From an uncultured Acidimicrobiales bacterium (GTDB lineage: Bacteria; Actinomycetota; Acidimicrobiia; Acidimicrobiales; SHLQ01), in the NCBI GenBank assembly GCA_938040365.1, contig CALHXU010000205.1, positions 1-46,965 of the forward strand: 46,965 nt of DNA, read 5' to 3'. Numbering within the stretch: the stretch's first letter is position 1; each line of letters starts with the position of its first letter. Of the stretch, positions 1 to 10,150 are shown piece after piece. The position numbers and the translations under genes were made by a program. The notes beneath the pieces were generated by a model that worked only from the letters and a program-made list of their open reading frames with translations, was not told the origin of the DNA and searched no databases.

Positions 1-11
1 AGGAGACCAAC

Positions 12-410
12 ATGAGCATTCGAAAATCTGCAGACATCAACCCGACCCTCACGGCACTTACCGAAACGTTCAACGAGCACGAGCTCGCATCGCTGAGCAA
101 ACTCGGAACCGTCGTCGACCTTCCCGCAGGCCAAGTGCTCGCCCATGAGGGTGCCGTTGGCCAAGAGGCCATCGTTGTGATCGAAGGAACCGCGCTCGTC
201 GTTCGAGATCAGGAAACCGTTGCGACCGTTGGCGCATCGACCATTCTGGGCGAAGCAGCCCTGCTCACCGGGGCGACACGAAACGCGTCGCTGATCGCAG
301 AAACCGACCTCGTCGTTTCGGTCCTGAACCGGCGCGAGTTCAACTCGTGGCTCGACCAGTGCCCGCGCATCGAACAGCAGGTCAACGGCCTGGTCGAACA
401 GCGCGCCTAA
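12..410 (+). CDS. Cyclic nucleotide-binding (cNMP) domain protein
   Basis: AGGAG RBS at 1-5; cNMP-fold motifs (LAHEGAVG, VVIEG, ILGEAALL..ATRNAS); no HTH tail. Confidence 0.85.
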   Translation: MSIRKSADINPTLTALTETFNEHELASLSKLGTVVDLPAGQVLAHEGAVGQEAIVVIEGTALVVRDQETVATVGASTILGEAALLTGATRNASLIAETDLVVSVLNRREFNSWLDQCPRIEQQVNGLVEQRA

Positions 411-471
411 CCGCCGTCGCTGCCAAGCAAACGCTGCGTAGCCAGCACCACCAGCGCCAGCGGTGAGCCAG

Positions 472-477
472 TAGCCT
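472..477 (+). promoter_or_regulatory. Putative -10 element (TAGCCT) of leaderless valS transcript
   Basis: TANNNT 6 nt upstream of GTG start, no SD; same geometry at many other genes in the window. Confidence 0.55.
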
Positions 478-483
478 GTCGCT

Positions 484-3400
484 GTGAGCGACACACTTCC
501 CGAATCAGACACCCAGGAACTAGCAACCGTCTATGTCCCGAGTGAAGCCGAACACCTGGTCACCGAGCGCTGGGCGGAGAGCGGCGCCTTCCACGCAGAG
601 CCGTCAGGGAGCGCTGACACACCGACCTACTCGGTCGTCATTCCTCCTCCAAACGTCACGGCGGCGCTGCATCTCGGCCACGCTCTGAACAACACGCTCC
701 AAGACGTCCTCGTTCGTTTTCACCGCATGAACGGGCACAACACACTCTGGATGCCCGGCACCGACCATGCCGGTATTGCAACCCAGACCGTGGTCGAAAA
801 GCGCCTTCTACAGGAGGGCACCAAGCGTCTTGAGATGGGTCGTGACGCATTCATCGAGAAGACCCAAGAGTGGAAAGATGAGTACGAGGCCACCATTCTG
901 GGACAGCTCTCCGAAATGGGAGCGAGCTGTGACTACGAACGTACCCGTTTCACGATGGATGACATGTGTGCAACGGCCGTCCGTCACGCGTTCTACACAC
1001 TCTTCGAAGATGGGCTGATCTACCGCGGAAAGCGGCTTGTCAACTGGGACCCAGTGACCGGTACGGCGCTCGCCGACGACGAGGTCGAAATGGAAGAGGT
1101 GCAGGGTCACATGTGGTACCTGCGGTACCCACTCGAAGACGGGTCTGGCCATGTCACCGTCGCCACGACGCGCCCCGAAACCATGCTTGGAGACACGGCG
1201 GTCGCGATCAACCCGAACGACCCTCGGGCCGCCGACTTGGCCGGAAAGAACGTCGTGCTCCCAATCGTTGGGCGCGTCATTCCAATCCTCGAAGATGACT
1301 ACGTGGTCCTTCCCGATCCGGACTCGTCAGACACAAAAGCCCAAATGTCGAGCGGATGCTTGAAGGTCACCCCAGCCCACGATCCAAACGACTGGGACAT
1401 CGGCCTTCGACACGACCTCGATGTCATCAACGTCATGGCAGCCGACGCCTCGATCAGTGACCAGTACGGCTGGGACGACGTTTCGAACGATGCTCGAGCC
1501 TTCGTTGGACTCGGCCGCTACGAAGCCCGCGAAGCAATCGTTGCGTGGTTCGACGAGAACGGCCTCCTCGAAAAGGTCGTCGACTACAGCCACTCGGTCG
1601 GTCACAGTTATCGCAGCCACGTCCCGATCGAACCGTGGCTTTCTGATCAGTGGTACGTCAAGGCATCCGACGACCGGTTCGCCGGATCGGCGCTTCGCGC
1701 ACAGAACCCCGACCAAGTCACCGGACTCGCCGCTCAACACACCGCTGGCGACGCGAACGGCGATGGCGAACTCACTTTCGTTCCCGAGCGCTATGCCAAG
1801 ACCTTCCAGCAATGGCACGAAGGCATCCGAGACTGGTGCATCAGCAGGCAGCTCTGGTGGGGTCACCAGATTCCGGTCTGGAGCGCCGCTGTTGTCGACA
1901 CTTCTGGTCGACATCCCCAGCCCGCGATCGCCGAAGCGCTCGCCTCGGTCGAAAGTGGCACTGCGGTCAAGATCGACAGCAAGTGGTCAAACGCTGGCGC
2001 AATCCACGTCGTCCGACAAGTCACCGACACCGAATTTGTTGAGAGCATCTGCGTACCGGGCGACTCGACCCTCCGCCGTCTCGACCGATCCGATACCTCC
2101 ATGGACGAGGCCGCCATCGTCGCAGCGCTCGAAGCAGAGGGCTTCAAACGAGACCCCGACGTTCTCGACACCTGGTTCTCGTCCGCGCTGTGGCCCATGT
2201 CGACCATGGGCTGGCCCTACCCCGAAGACTTTCCCGAAACGACCGGCGATGGCTCCGACTTGTTGTCGACGTTCAATCCAACGTCGCTGCTCAGCACCGC
2301 TCGCGAGATCATCACGTTGTGGGTGAGTCGCATGGTCATGTTCAACCGCTACTTCATGGACGGCCAACTGCCGTTCACCGACGTCTTCATCCACGCGATG
2401 GTCCAAGACGGCCATGGCCAAAAGATGTCGAAGAGCCTCGGCAACGGCGTCGACCCCCGCGACATCATCTACAGCCACGGCGCTGACGCGATGCGCTTCA
2501 CGCTCGTCCAGATGACCACCGACACCCAAGACGTGAAGATGCCGGTCGACATGGTTTGTCCGCACACGAACACGCCGTTTACGCCCGAGTTCATTACGAC
2601 CAAGGCCGGCCACCTCGTGGCCGCGCCAACCCAAACCAGCCCTGAGGACCCGTCCAAAACAATGGTGAGTGCCTATGGCGTTGCCGTCGGCGAGGTAGCG
2701 CCAACCAATGACGTCCCCCTCGCCCGGAACACCTCGGCGAAGTTCGATGCTGGCCGCAATTTCTCGAACAAGGTCTGGAACGCCGTTCGCTTCGCCATTG
2801 GTCGACTCGATTCTGAAACCGTCGAGGCCGGCCCGATCGACATCAGCTCGGCTCGTTTCGTCGACCAATGGATCGTTGCCCGACTCGCCGCCACGATCGA
2901 CAAGCTCGAGGCCGCAATCGCGACCTATCAGTTCAACGTCTATGCCGACACGCTCTATGACTTCATCTGGCGCGACCTCTGCGACCGCTACCTCGAAGTG
3001 GTCAAGCCGACCATCGACGACGACCCAACCCAGCAAGCGGTACTCGCCGCGGTCTTCGACGCGTCGCTCCGGATCATGGCACCGGTATGCCCGTTCATCA
3101 CCGAGACGCTCTGGCCTTACGTCAGCGACGCCCGAGGCGGCGAGATCATCGGACTCGAACTACCGGCCTCAGATCTGCTCGCGACTGCAGCCTGGCCGGT
3201 AGCCGCCGACAGCATTGCCAACCCCAACGTCATCATCGATTTCGATCGGGCCTACGCGCTCATCACCGAAATCCGTACCCTGCGTGCGAGCCAGAACGTC
3301 AAACCGAAACAGAGGATCACGCTCAACGGCCCCGCCGAAGTACTCGCACTCATCGCAGCGACCGGCGGCACGGTCGAGACCCTCGCCGGTCTCGGCGAAG

Positions 3401-3693
3401 TCGCTGACGACAGCGAAGGGGCGCCACCAGTTTCGTCGGCCGTCGCCTTCGAAGGCGCGCAGGTCTTCTTGTCCGGCCTGACCGACGAAGTCGATATCGA
3501 CGCGGAGAAAGCCCGACTCGAAGACGTCATTGCACAAAAGACGAAACAGATCGGCGGCTTCCGCGGGAAGCTCTCGAACGACGGATATGTAAACGGCGCT
3601 CCCCCACACCTCGTCCAAGAGACCCGAGATATGCTCGCCGCTGCTGAGGCCGACCTCGCCGCTGCCGAGGCGTCGCTGGAGCGGCTCGCGTGA
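484..3693 (+). CDS. valS: Valine--tRNA ligase
   Basis: PPPNVT..LHLGH (HIGH), GTDHAGIATQ, ATTRPET editing motif, DWCISRQLWWGH, DVLDTWFSS, KMSKS, C-terminal coiled coil. Confidence 0.97.
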   Translation: MSDTLPESDTQELATVYVPSEAEHLVTERWAESGAFHAEPSGSADTPTYSVVIPPPNVTAALHLGHALNNTLQDVLVRFHRMNGHNTLWMPGTDHAGIATQTVVEKRLLQEGTKRLEMGRDAFIEKTQEWKDEYEATILGQLSEMGASCDYERTRFTMDDMCATAVRHAFYTLFEDGLIYRGKRLVNWDPVTGTALADDEVEMEEVQGHMWYLRYPLEDGSGHVTVATTRPETMLGDTAVAINPNDPRAADLAGKNVVLPIVGRVIPILEDDYVVLPDPDSSDTKAQMSSGCLKVTPAHDPNDWDIGLRHDLDVINVMAADASISDQYGWDDVSNDARAFVGLGRYEAREAIVAWFDENGLLEKVVDYSHSVGHSYRSHVPIEPWLSDQWYVKASDDRFAGSALRAQNPDQVTGLAAQHTAGDANGDGELTFVPERYAKTFQQWHEGIRDWCISRQLWWGHQIPVWSAAVVDTSGRHPQPAIAEALASVESGTAVKIDSKWSNAGAIHVVRQVTDTEFVESICVPGDSTLRRLDRSDTSMDEAAIVAALEAEGFKRDPDVLDTWFSSALWPMSTMGWPYPEDFPETTGDGSDLLSTFNPTSLLSTAREIITLWVSRMVMFNRYFMDGQLPFTDVFIHAMVQDGHGQKMSKSLGNGVDPRDIIYSHGADAMRFTLVQMTTDTQDVKMPVDMVCPHTNTPFTPEFITTKAGHLVAAPTQTSPEDPSKTMVSAYGVAVGEVAPTNDVPLARNTSAKFDAGRNFSNKVWNAVRFAIGRLDSETVEAGPIDISSARFVDQWIVARLAATIDKLEAAIATYQFNVYADTLYDFIWRDLCDRYLEVVKPTIDDDPTQQAVLAAVFDASLRIMAPVCPFITETLWPYVSDARGGEIIGLELPASDLLATAAWPVAADSIANPNVIIDFDRAYALITEIRTLRASQNVKPKQRITLNGPAEVLALIAATGGTVETLAGLGEVADDSEGAPPVSSAVAFEGAQVFLSGLTDEVDIDAEKARLEDVIAQKTKQIGGFRGKLSNDGYVNGAPPHLVQETRDMLAAAEADLAAAEASLERLA

Positions 3694-4517
3694 CCCAGCT
3701 CGTTCGTGTCGGTGGCGTTCCCGAGCACTTCAACTATCCCTGGCACGTCGCGATCGACTCTGGTGCGTTCGACTCGCTCGGCGTCGCCGTCGAGTGGATT
3801 GACTTCCCCGGCGGCACTGGCGCCATCATGGCCGCGCTCGAATCGGGCGAGATCGACATGGCGACACCACTGACCGAAGGTGCAATCACCGCGATTGCGA
3901 ACGGCAACCCCTCCGAGCTGGTTTCGATATGGGTCGACTCTCCCCTGCTTTGGGGAATCCACGTCGCAAACGACTCGCCCTTCGACCGTGTCGAAGGCTT
4001 GGAAGGCCAGCGCTTTGCCATCTCGCGCTATGGCTCGGGATCTGAGCTTATGAGCCTCGTGCTCGCCCAAAACAACGGTTGGACGCTCACCGACGACAGT
4101 TGGGTACCCGTGGGCGGCCTCGACGGCGCGCTAGCAGCTCTTCCTGCGGGCGACGCCGAAGTGTTTCTCTGGAACCTGTCCATGACCCAACCACATGTAT
4201 CGGACGGGACCTTTCGACGTATCGGCGTTCTGCCGACGCCATGGCCGAGCTTTGCAATCGCTGCCTCAACAGCATTCCTCGATGCCGACGCCAGCCTCGC
4301 CCGGCGTATTTCGGTGATTGCGCGCCAACAAGCGGACGCCCTCGAACTTGATGAAGAGCTCGGCCAGCTCGTCGTCGACCGCTACAACCTCGAAGTTGAA
4401 AGCGCGCTCGAGTGGGTCGACCAGATCGACTGGACAAGCCCCGATGCTGCGATCGACCCTGCCATGGTCGCCGCAGTGACAGCACGGATGGTGTCAGTCG
4501 GGAGAATCAACTCCTGA
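3690..4517 (+). CDS. Periplasmic-binding-protein type 2 fold protein (NMT1/THI5/SsuA-like), no signal peptide
   Basis: GGVPEHFNYPW, FPGGTGAIM, AISRYGSGSELM, PTPWPSF motifs; GTGA overlap with valS stop. Confidence 0.75.
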   Translation: MTQLVRVGGVPEHFNYPWHVAIDSGAFDSLGVAVEWIDFPGGTGAIMAALESGEIDMATPLTEGAITAIANGNPSELVSIWVDSPLLWGIHVANDSPFDRVEGLEGQRFAISRYGSGSELMSLVLAQNNGWTLTDDSWVPVGGLDGALAALPAGDAEVFLWNLSMTQPHVSDGTFRRIGVLPTPWPSFAIAASTAFLDADASLARRISVIARQQADALELDEELGQLVVDRYNLEVESALEWVDQIDWTSPDAAIDPAMVAAVTARMVSVGRINS

Positions 4518-6615
4518 TCTCACCTTCGTTGGGGTCAACGAGCGCTCGCATCAGGAAATCTCGTTGAAGATGCAGCAGGTTCTCCGCCACCTGAGCTTGC
4601 GGTGTCATGTGGGTGACACCCGACAGGGGTAGCACCTCGTGGGGCCGACCGGCTTCGAGCAGTGCTTGGCTGAGTTTGAGCGTGTGCGCGGCGACGACGT
4701 TGTCGTCAGCGAGCCCGTGAATAAGCATGAGCGGGCGCGAAAGCGTTGGCGCGTCTGAGATCAGGCTGCTCTTTTCGTAGTTGTCGGGGTGCCGAGCGGG
4801 GTGGCCGATATAGCGTTCGGTGTAGTGGGTGTCATAGAGCGCCCAGTCGGTCACCGGAGCGCCGCTGACGGCAGCGTGCACAACATCGGGGCGCCGCATC
4901 ACTGCGAGCGCGGCGAGGTATCCCCCGAAAGACCAGCCACGGATCCCGACCCGGGAAAGATCGAGCTCATCACGGCTGGCAGCGAGGGCGGTAAGCGCGT
5001 CGATTTGGTCGTCGAGTACCTTCGTTGCGAAGTCGCCCCAGATCTCTCGTTCAAACGCTGGACCTCGGCCCGGCGTACCACGGCCGTCGACGACAACGAC
5101 CGCGAAACCCTGTTCGGCGAACCACTGTGAGGTGGAAAAAGCATTTCGCTGGCGCAGGACGCGCTGGGCGTGCGGCCCACCGTACGGATCGAGCAGGACC
5201 GGCAGGGGCGAGCCATCGTGATTCGCAGGCAAGCACAGTGCAGTTGCCAACGCACGAGCGGCCACGAAATGAAACTCGGGGGCGCACGGGAAGCCCGGAG
5301 ATCCGCCGTGCGAGTCGACGATCGAAGTCGTTCCATCCGCCCAGCGGATCTCATAGTCGGTGTCGCCGTCGGGGCGGGCCGTCGTCAACGCCATCGTGCC
5401 ACCCCCGGCAACGGCGCTTGCGAAGTGCCCAGGTTCGCTCACCATATCGACCTCACCTCCAGGGGCTAGGCGAGCAACGACCGAATCGGTGCCGTCGGTG
5501 GTCACGGTAGCGAGCACTGCGCCAGCCTCGACGCCAATGAGGTTGCGCACTTGATAGTCACCGTGATCGATTGTGTTTCCATCGATCGCGAGACGCCGGC
5601 GCCCATCGTCGACGATGGTCACCACGCCAAGGTCACTTTGATGGGGAGTGCCAGCCTGTAGCTCAACCCACTGAGTGTCGGTCACGCGCTGGAGTTCGGT
5701 CGCCTCGCCTGAGTCGGGATCGATGTCGAGGATGACCAATGTTTTTTGGTCGCGGGTCTGGACCGTGCAACGAATCACTTCGGTGCCGTCGACCTCCAAC
5801 CACGAAACATCGGCCAAATACTCAAACTCGTCGCGGACCCAATCGAGTTGACGTTGTGGCCCGCCCTCAACATCGACGATCCACAGTTGCACCTCAGCGT
5901 TGCTCGTGCCCGCCGCAGGGTACCGGATCGGACGAGGCGCGACCTCAGGGCGTTCGGGCGAAGAGATCCACCACTGTTCGACCGGCGCGGTGTCGACGCG
6001 GCAGGCTACGACACGGCCACCGCCTGGCGACCACCAATATCCTCGTGTGCGACCCATCTCTTCAGCGGCAACAAATTCGGCTGTTCCCCACGACACGGTC
6101 TCGCCGCCCTCGTCAGTGCCTAGAACCAAACGGTCGGTCGTCCCGTTTGTGACCCGAAGACTCGATCCGCTGGCGTACATGATGCGAGCACCACCTGGCT
6201 CAAAGCGAGGATCAAAGGCATTCCCGTTGGTCGCAATGGGCGTCGTTTGTCCGCCGCGAACGACATGTAGCTCGCCGCCAAGCGCGAAGACCACCTCGCT
6301 ATTGTCGGCCCGAGCGACATACGCGACGACGCCACCGGCTTGCTCGCGCTTTCGTTCTCGGCGCGCCTTCTCGGCTGCGGTCAGCTCGCCATCGCCGTGC
6401 GCGCCAGCATCGAAGAGCACATGGGCCTCACCTCCGGGACGGATGCTCCAGAGGTTGTTGCTCGGATCATTCGGGCCATTCGATCGCAAAAACAGCACCG
6501 AGGAGCCGTCGTTTGCGACCGAGAACGATCGTGGAGCGCCGAGCGAGAACCGCCGTGTTTCGGCAAAGCGGCGCGGAAAGGTTGCAACATTTTCTTCTGT
6601 TCTGGATTTAGTCAC
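4507..6615 (-). CDS. S9 family peptidase (dipeptidyl peptidase IV-like)
   Basis: DPP-IV N-terminal propeller, YGGPHAQ, nucleophile GWSFGG, YDTHYTERY, HGLADDNV, catalytic His (GVTHM). Confidence 0.93.
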   Translation of the reverse strand: MTKSRTEENVATFPRRFAETRRFSLGAPRSFSVANDGSSVLFLRSNGPNDPSNNLWSIRPGGEAHVLFDAGAHGDGELTAAEKARRERKREQAGGVVAYVARADNSEVVFALGGELHVVRGGQTTPIATNGNAFDPRFEPGGARIMYASGSSLRVTNGTTDRLVLGTDEGGETVSWGTAEFVAAEEMGRTRGYWWSPGGGRVVACRVDTAPVEQWWISSPERPEVAPRPIRYPAAGTSNAEVQLWIVDVEGGPQRQLDWVRDEFEYLADVSWLEVDGTEVIRCTVQTRDQKTLVILDIDPDSGEATELQRVTDTQWVELQAGTPHQSDLGVVTIVDDGRRRLAIDGNTIDHGDYQVRNLIGVEAGAVLATVTTDGTDSVVARLAPGGEVDMVSEPGHFASAVAGGGTMALTTARPDGDTDYEIRWADGTTSIVDSHGGSPGFPCAPEFHFVAARALATALCLPANHDGSPLPVLLDPYGGPHAQRVLRQRNAFSTSQWFAEQGFAVVVVDGRGTPGRGPAFEREIWGDFATKVLDDQIDALTALAASRDELDLSRVGIRGWSFGGYLAALAVMRRPDVVHAAVSGAPVTDWALYDTHYTERYIGHPARHPDNYEKSSLISDAPTLSRPLMLIHGLADDNVVAAHTLKLSQALLEAGRPHEVLPLSGVTHMTPQAQVAENLLHLQRDFLMRALVDPNEGEIRS

Positions 6616-6649
6616 CCAATCATCTTGGCCCGAAGGCGAACTATGACCG

Positions 6650-7081
6650 ATGATGTTGGACGTGAGTACCGAACTTCAGGTTGACGACGAAACCCGCGCT
6701 GCACTTCTGCTCTTCAATGAGCGGGTCGAGCAGAACGCTGCTGCTGAGCGAGGCAAGAAGAAAATTGCCAAAGCCGAGCGCATTAAAGATGACGCTGCCA
6801 AGGAGGTGCGAAGGGTCAACAACAACCCCGATGCAACCGCCGAGGAGAAGGCCGAAGCCGAGGCAAAGTACAAAGAAGCATCGGACGCGTTCCAGGTTGT
6901 GCAGGCAAATCCGCTCGCGGATGAACAGAAGAAGCCAAAGCCAGAAACTGAGGCTGAGGCTGAAGATGCTGCGCCAGCTGAGGACGCCGCACCCGCAGAA
7001 GCTGAAGATGCTGCGCCAGCTGAGGTCTCTGCCGACGAAGAGGCGCCAGCAGTGCCAGAGGCAGAAGCCGAGAGCGAGTAG
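6650..7081 (+). CDS. Hypothetical helical protein with acidic Ala/Glu/Pro-rich tail
   Basis: Fills gap upstream of fabH; coding-like codon usage; AEDAAPAE repeats; start uncertain (GTG 6662 possible). Confidence 0.7.
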   Translation: MMLDVSTELQVDDETRAALLLFNERVEQNAAAERGKKKIAKAERIKDDAAKEVRRVNNNPDATAEEKAEAEAKYKEASDAFQVVQANPLADEQKKPKPETEAEAEDAAPAEDAAPAEAEDAAPAEVSADEEAPAVPEAEAESE

Positions 7082-7087
7082 TCCTCG

Positions 7088-8146
7088 TTGGGCGCACACA
7101 TCATTGGAACGGGAGTTGCCCTTCCCGAGATCGTCATAACCAATGACGATCTCGCAAGAATCATGGATACCTCCGACGAGTGGATCCAAAAGCGAAGCGG
7201 CGTAAAGCAACGACGAATTGCAGGTAAAGGCGTCGGGTCAGCCGATCTTGGCGCCGAGGCCGTACTCGCCGCACTTCGCGACGCGGGCATCGAACCTACA
7301 GACGTCGACGCAATCGTCTCTGCCACGATGACCCCCGACCATTACGCTCCGGGCAATGCGCCCCTGATCCAACATCGTGCTGGCCTCGGCGAAATCGCAG
7401 CATTCGACATCCGCCAACAATGCAGCGGCTTTCTCTACGGCATGGACATGGCCGACATGCTGATCGCTACCGAACGCGCGGAGACCGTCGTCGTCGTTGG
7501 GGCCGAAGCGCACCGTGGCTACATGCCCTACGGCAAGAGTATGGATATTTTGCTCGGAGAATCAGACGCCGCAGTGTCCCCTGAGGACTACGCCACGGCG
7601 ACCGAGAGTCGGGCATGGGCCGTCCTATTCGGCGATGCGGGCGGTGCGGTCGTCATGGGACCTGGAACCGAAACGACCGGATTTCTCGGATCGAGCCTGC
7701 ACAGCAGCGGCGAGCACTTCGACCTCATCCACGTACCCGGGCCGGGCTTTATCCACCATCCCTGGTCGAGCATCGAACAGATCGATGCCGGTTTGCACCG
7801 CCCGCACATGAACGGCCGCGAGCTCTTTCGCCAGGCGGTCCGGCGGATGCCCGAATCGATCCTCAGCGTTCTCGAAGCGTCGATCTATGAGTTGGCCGAC
7901 GTCGACCTGGTCCTTTCCCACCAAGCGAACCAGCGGATCCTCGATGGCGTCACCAACCAGCTCGGCGTCGATGCCGAAAGGGTCCCGTCAAACATTGCCG
8001 AACATGGCAATACCACGGCGGCCACGCTGCCGCTGCTCTACCACGACGTGAAAAACACACGCGGTCTAACAAGCGATGAACTGCTCGCCTTCACTGCGTT
8101 TGGAGCCGGCGCCCACTGGGGCGCCATGCTCTATCTCGTTCCCTAA
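7088..8146 (+). CDS. fabH: 3-oxoacyl-ACP synthase III family protein
   Basis: MDTSDEWIQKRSG, catalytic Cys (QQCSGF), LFGDAGGA, HQAN, HGNTTAA, FGAG. Confidence 0.9.
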   Translation: MGAHIIGTGVALPEIVITNDDLARIMDTSDEWIQKRSGVKQRRIAGKGVGSADLGAEAVLAALRDAGIEPTDVDAIVSATMTPDHYAPGNAPLIQHRAGLGEIAAFDIRQQCSGFLYGMDMADMLIATERAETVVVVGAEAHRGYMPYGKSMDILLGESDAAVSPEDYATATESRAWAVLFGDAGGAVVMGPGTETTGFLGSSLHSSGEHFDLIHVPGPGFIHHPWSSIEQIDAGLHRPHMNGRELFRQAVRRMPESILSVLEASIYELADVDLVLSHQANQRILDGVTNQLGVDAERVPSNIAEHGNTTAATLPLLYHDVKNTRGLTSDELLAFTAFGAGAHWGAMLYLVP

Positions 8147-8164
8147 CGCTGCCTATCGGCTTAA

Positions 8165-8394
8165 CGGAGCGCCAAACGGCTTAACGCTGCCCAGGGCCCG
8201 AGCGGCCCGTCGCCGGAGGCGACAGAAGCGGGGAAAGGCCAAGGAGCTTAGCCGTATGATCTGGCGCGGAGCGCCAAACGGCTTAACGCTGCCCAGGGCC
8301 CGAGTGGCCCGTCGCCGGAGGCGACAGGAGCGGGGAAAGGCCAAGGAGCTTAGCCGTATGATCTGGCGCGGAGCGCCAAACGGCTTAACGCTGC
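8165..8394. repeat. Tandem 102-bp REP-like palindromic repeat (2 full copies plus a partial)
   Basis: Units start at 8165, 8267, 8369; internal hairpins GGGCC-CGAGC-GGCCC and GTCGCC-GGA-GGCGAC; between convergent fabH and RDD genes. Confidence 0.9.
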
Positions 8395-9044
8395 TTGGTA
8401 ACGACGTAGGTGTTGGCGAAGCGATCCATGACCGTGCGGTGCTCAGGATCGGTGAACAAGAAGACCAACGAAACCAAGTTGATCACGAGCTGGGCCAGAC
8501 CAACAACGATGGTGCCGATGATTGGAATCACGCCAACGATATCGAGGAGGTGATTTCCGCTTCGCTTGATTCCGTCTGGAGTGCCGAGCGGCTCGGTGCC
8601 ATCGGCGCGAACGATCCGTAGACCGAGCGCTTGTTTGCCAACGCCACCGCTCATGTAGGTGTTCATCAGCGTGTGGTACGCCGCAACGATCAGCGTCGAA
8701 ATCAGGCCAGCAACGACGAACTCGCTGCTCGTAAGGTCAATGCCGCCGCCATCGCCGAAAGCGTCCAATGCCAGCGCACCGCCGCCGGTGACGAGGCTCA
8801 CCAAGAACGTGATGAAGAAGAGGAAGATCGCGTCGATCACCGCTGCTGCGATACGCATCCACGGATCGGCGAGCTCGCGGCCGTTCGGAAGGCCTCCGCC
8901 ACCTGGCACCACATACCCGTCTTGTTGTTGCGCGCCCTGCTGTTGGGGGCCACCAACCCACTGTGATCCGTCCCACCATCGAACTGTGCCGGCCGGGTCT
9001 CCTTGAGCTGGGTACCAGCCCGCCGGTTGATTTCCTTGACTCAT
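8385..9044 (-). CDS. RDD family membrane protein with N-terminal DUF2510-like motif
   Basis: PAGWYP..D....RWWDGSQW N-terminus; RIAAAVID, GKQALGLRIV, HRTVMDRFANTYVV. Confidence 0.9.
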   Translation of the reverse strand: MSQGNQPAGWYPAQGDPAGTVRWWDGSQWVGGPQQQGAQQQDGYVVPGGGGLPNGRELADPWMRIAAAVIDAIFLFFITFLVSLVTGGGALALDAFGDGGGIDLTSSEFVVAGLISTLIVAAYHTLMNTYMSGGVGKQALGLRIVRADGTEPLGTPDGIKRSGNHLLDIVGVIPIIGTIVVGLAQLVINLVSLVFLFTDPEHRTVMDRFANTYVVTKQR

Positions 9045-9194
9045 TTTCTTCTCCCACGCATCAAACGTTTTGTGTGCACCTTACGCGAACGGCGCGGGTC
9101 GGTCTGGTTTTGTGCGCCTGCGCTTCCTCGCTCAATATCGAGCAACCGTCGGCTTTACTGCCGTAACCAGGCCGAACTCCCCTACTCTGAATCC

Positions 9195-10052
9195 GTGCAA
9201 CCGATCGAGTACGAGCGTCACAAAATTCCCGAACTTGAGCGCCCGATCTTCGTGATGGCCCTGAAGGGCTTGTTCGACATGGGCGAAGCAGCCACCGCCG
9301 CGGTCGACTGGCTCTCGATGACCCACAACGGCAAGCCTGCCGCATCGATCGACCCTGAGATGCTCTTCGACTTCCAAGAAGTGCGCCCAGAGGTGAAGAT
9401 GGGAGCTCAGGGGCTGCGCGAGATCCACTGGCCAACCAACAACGTTCTGTGGGCAAAGACGCCCGATGGATCTTCCGACTTGGTGCTGCTGAGCGGTGTC
9501 GAGCCGAACCTACGTTGGCGCTCGTTCTGCGCCACGCTCATCGAGATCTTCGAGATGACCGGCGCCGTGCAACTCGTCACGCTCGGTTCGGCGCTTGCGA
9601 TGGTTCCCCACACTCGCGCCTTCCCCGTTACGGCGTCGACGAGCAATGTCGAGCTTGCGACCCGTCTCAAGATCGCCCTTCCGAGTTATGAAGGCCCGAC
9701 GGGCGTCATTGGCTCGCTCCACCAGGAAATGACCGGATCGGAAATCCCGACGCTGTCACTTCGGGTCAACGTCCCCCACTACATCCCGGGAAGCCCTTCG
9801 CCGAAGGCAACCTCGTGTCTCCTCGCCCACCTCGAACTGCTCTGCGAGATACCCACGAATCACGTTGCAATGGCCGACGAGATTCGCGACTGGGAGTCTC
9901 GGGTTCATCGCGCGCTCGATGACGACGAAGAGGTTCGGGCCTATGTCAAAGACCTCGAAACAAAGAGCGACAACGAACCTCAGGTGCTCTTTGAGAGCGG
10001 CGAGATGGCCGACGAGGTCGAACGTTTCCTACGGGATCAGGATGGGGGCTAG
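9195..10052 (+). CDS. PAC2 family (proteasome assembly chaperone-like) protein
   Basis: DPEMLFDFQEVRP, GVEPNLRWRSF, VPHTR, YEGPTG, VPHY; start moved to GTG 9195 (TACTCT -10 6 nt upstream). Confidence 0.88.
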   Translation: MQPIEYERHKIPELERPIFVMALKGLFDMGEAATAAVDWLSMTHNGKPAASIDPEMLFDFQEVRPEVKMGAQGLREIHWPTNNVLWAKTPDGSSDLVLLSGVEPNLRWRSFCATLIEIFEMTGAVQLVTLGSALAMVPHTRAFPVTASTSNVELATRLKIALPSYEGPTGVIGSLHQEMTGSEIPTLSLRVNVPHYIPGSPSPKATSCLLAHLELLCEIPTNHVAMADEIRDWESRVHRALDDDEEVRAYVKDLETKSDNEPQVLFESGEMADEVERFLRDQDGG

Positions 10053-10060
10053 GGAGCTCT

Positions 10061-10150
10061 GCCGATAGACGCTCCGCGCCCGATTGTGCGGCTAAGCCCC
10101 CTAACATTTCTCCCGCTCTTGTCGCCTCCGGCGACGGGCCGCTTGGCCCC
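10061..10150 (-). repeat. Diverged inverted copy of the 8165-8394 REP-like unit
   Basis: Reverse complement GGGCCAAGCGGCCCGTCGCCGGAGGCGACAAGAGCGGG...GCTTAGCCG...GGCGCGGAGCG aligns with the 102-bp unit; between convergent genes. Confidence 0.85.

Noticed and set aside
8165-8394. Possible CRISPR array
   Set aside because: The whole 102-bp unit repeats, with no unique spacers and no cas genes; ORFs 8076-8621 and 8153-8344 are just translations of the repeat
9003-9194. N-terminal extension of the PAC2 ORF
   Set aside because: Overlaps the divergent RDD gene start and is not family-like; GTG 9195 preferred
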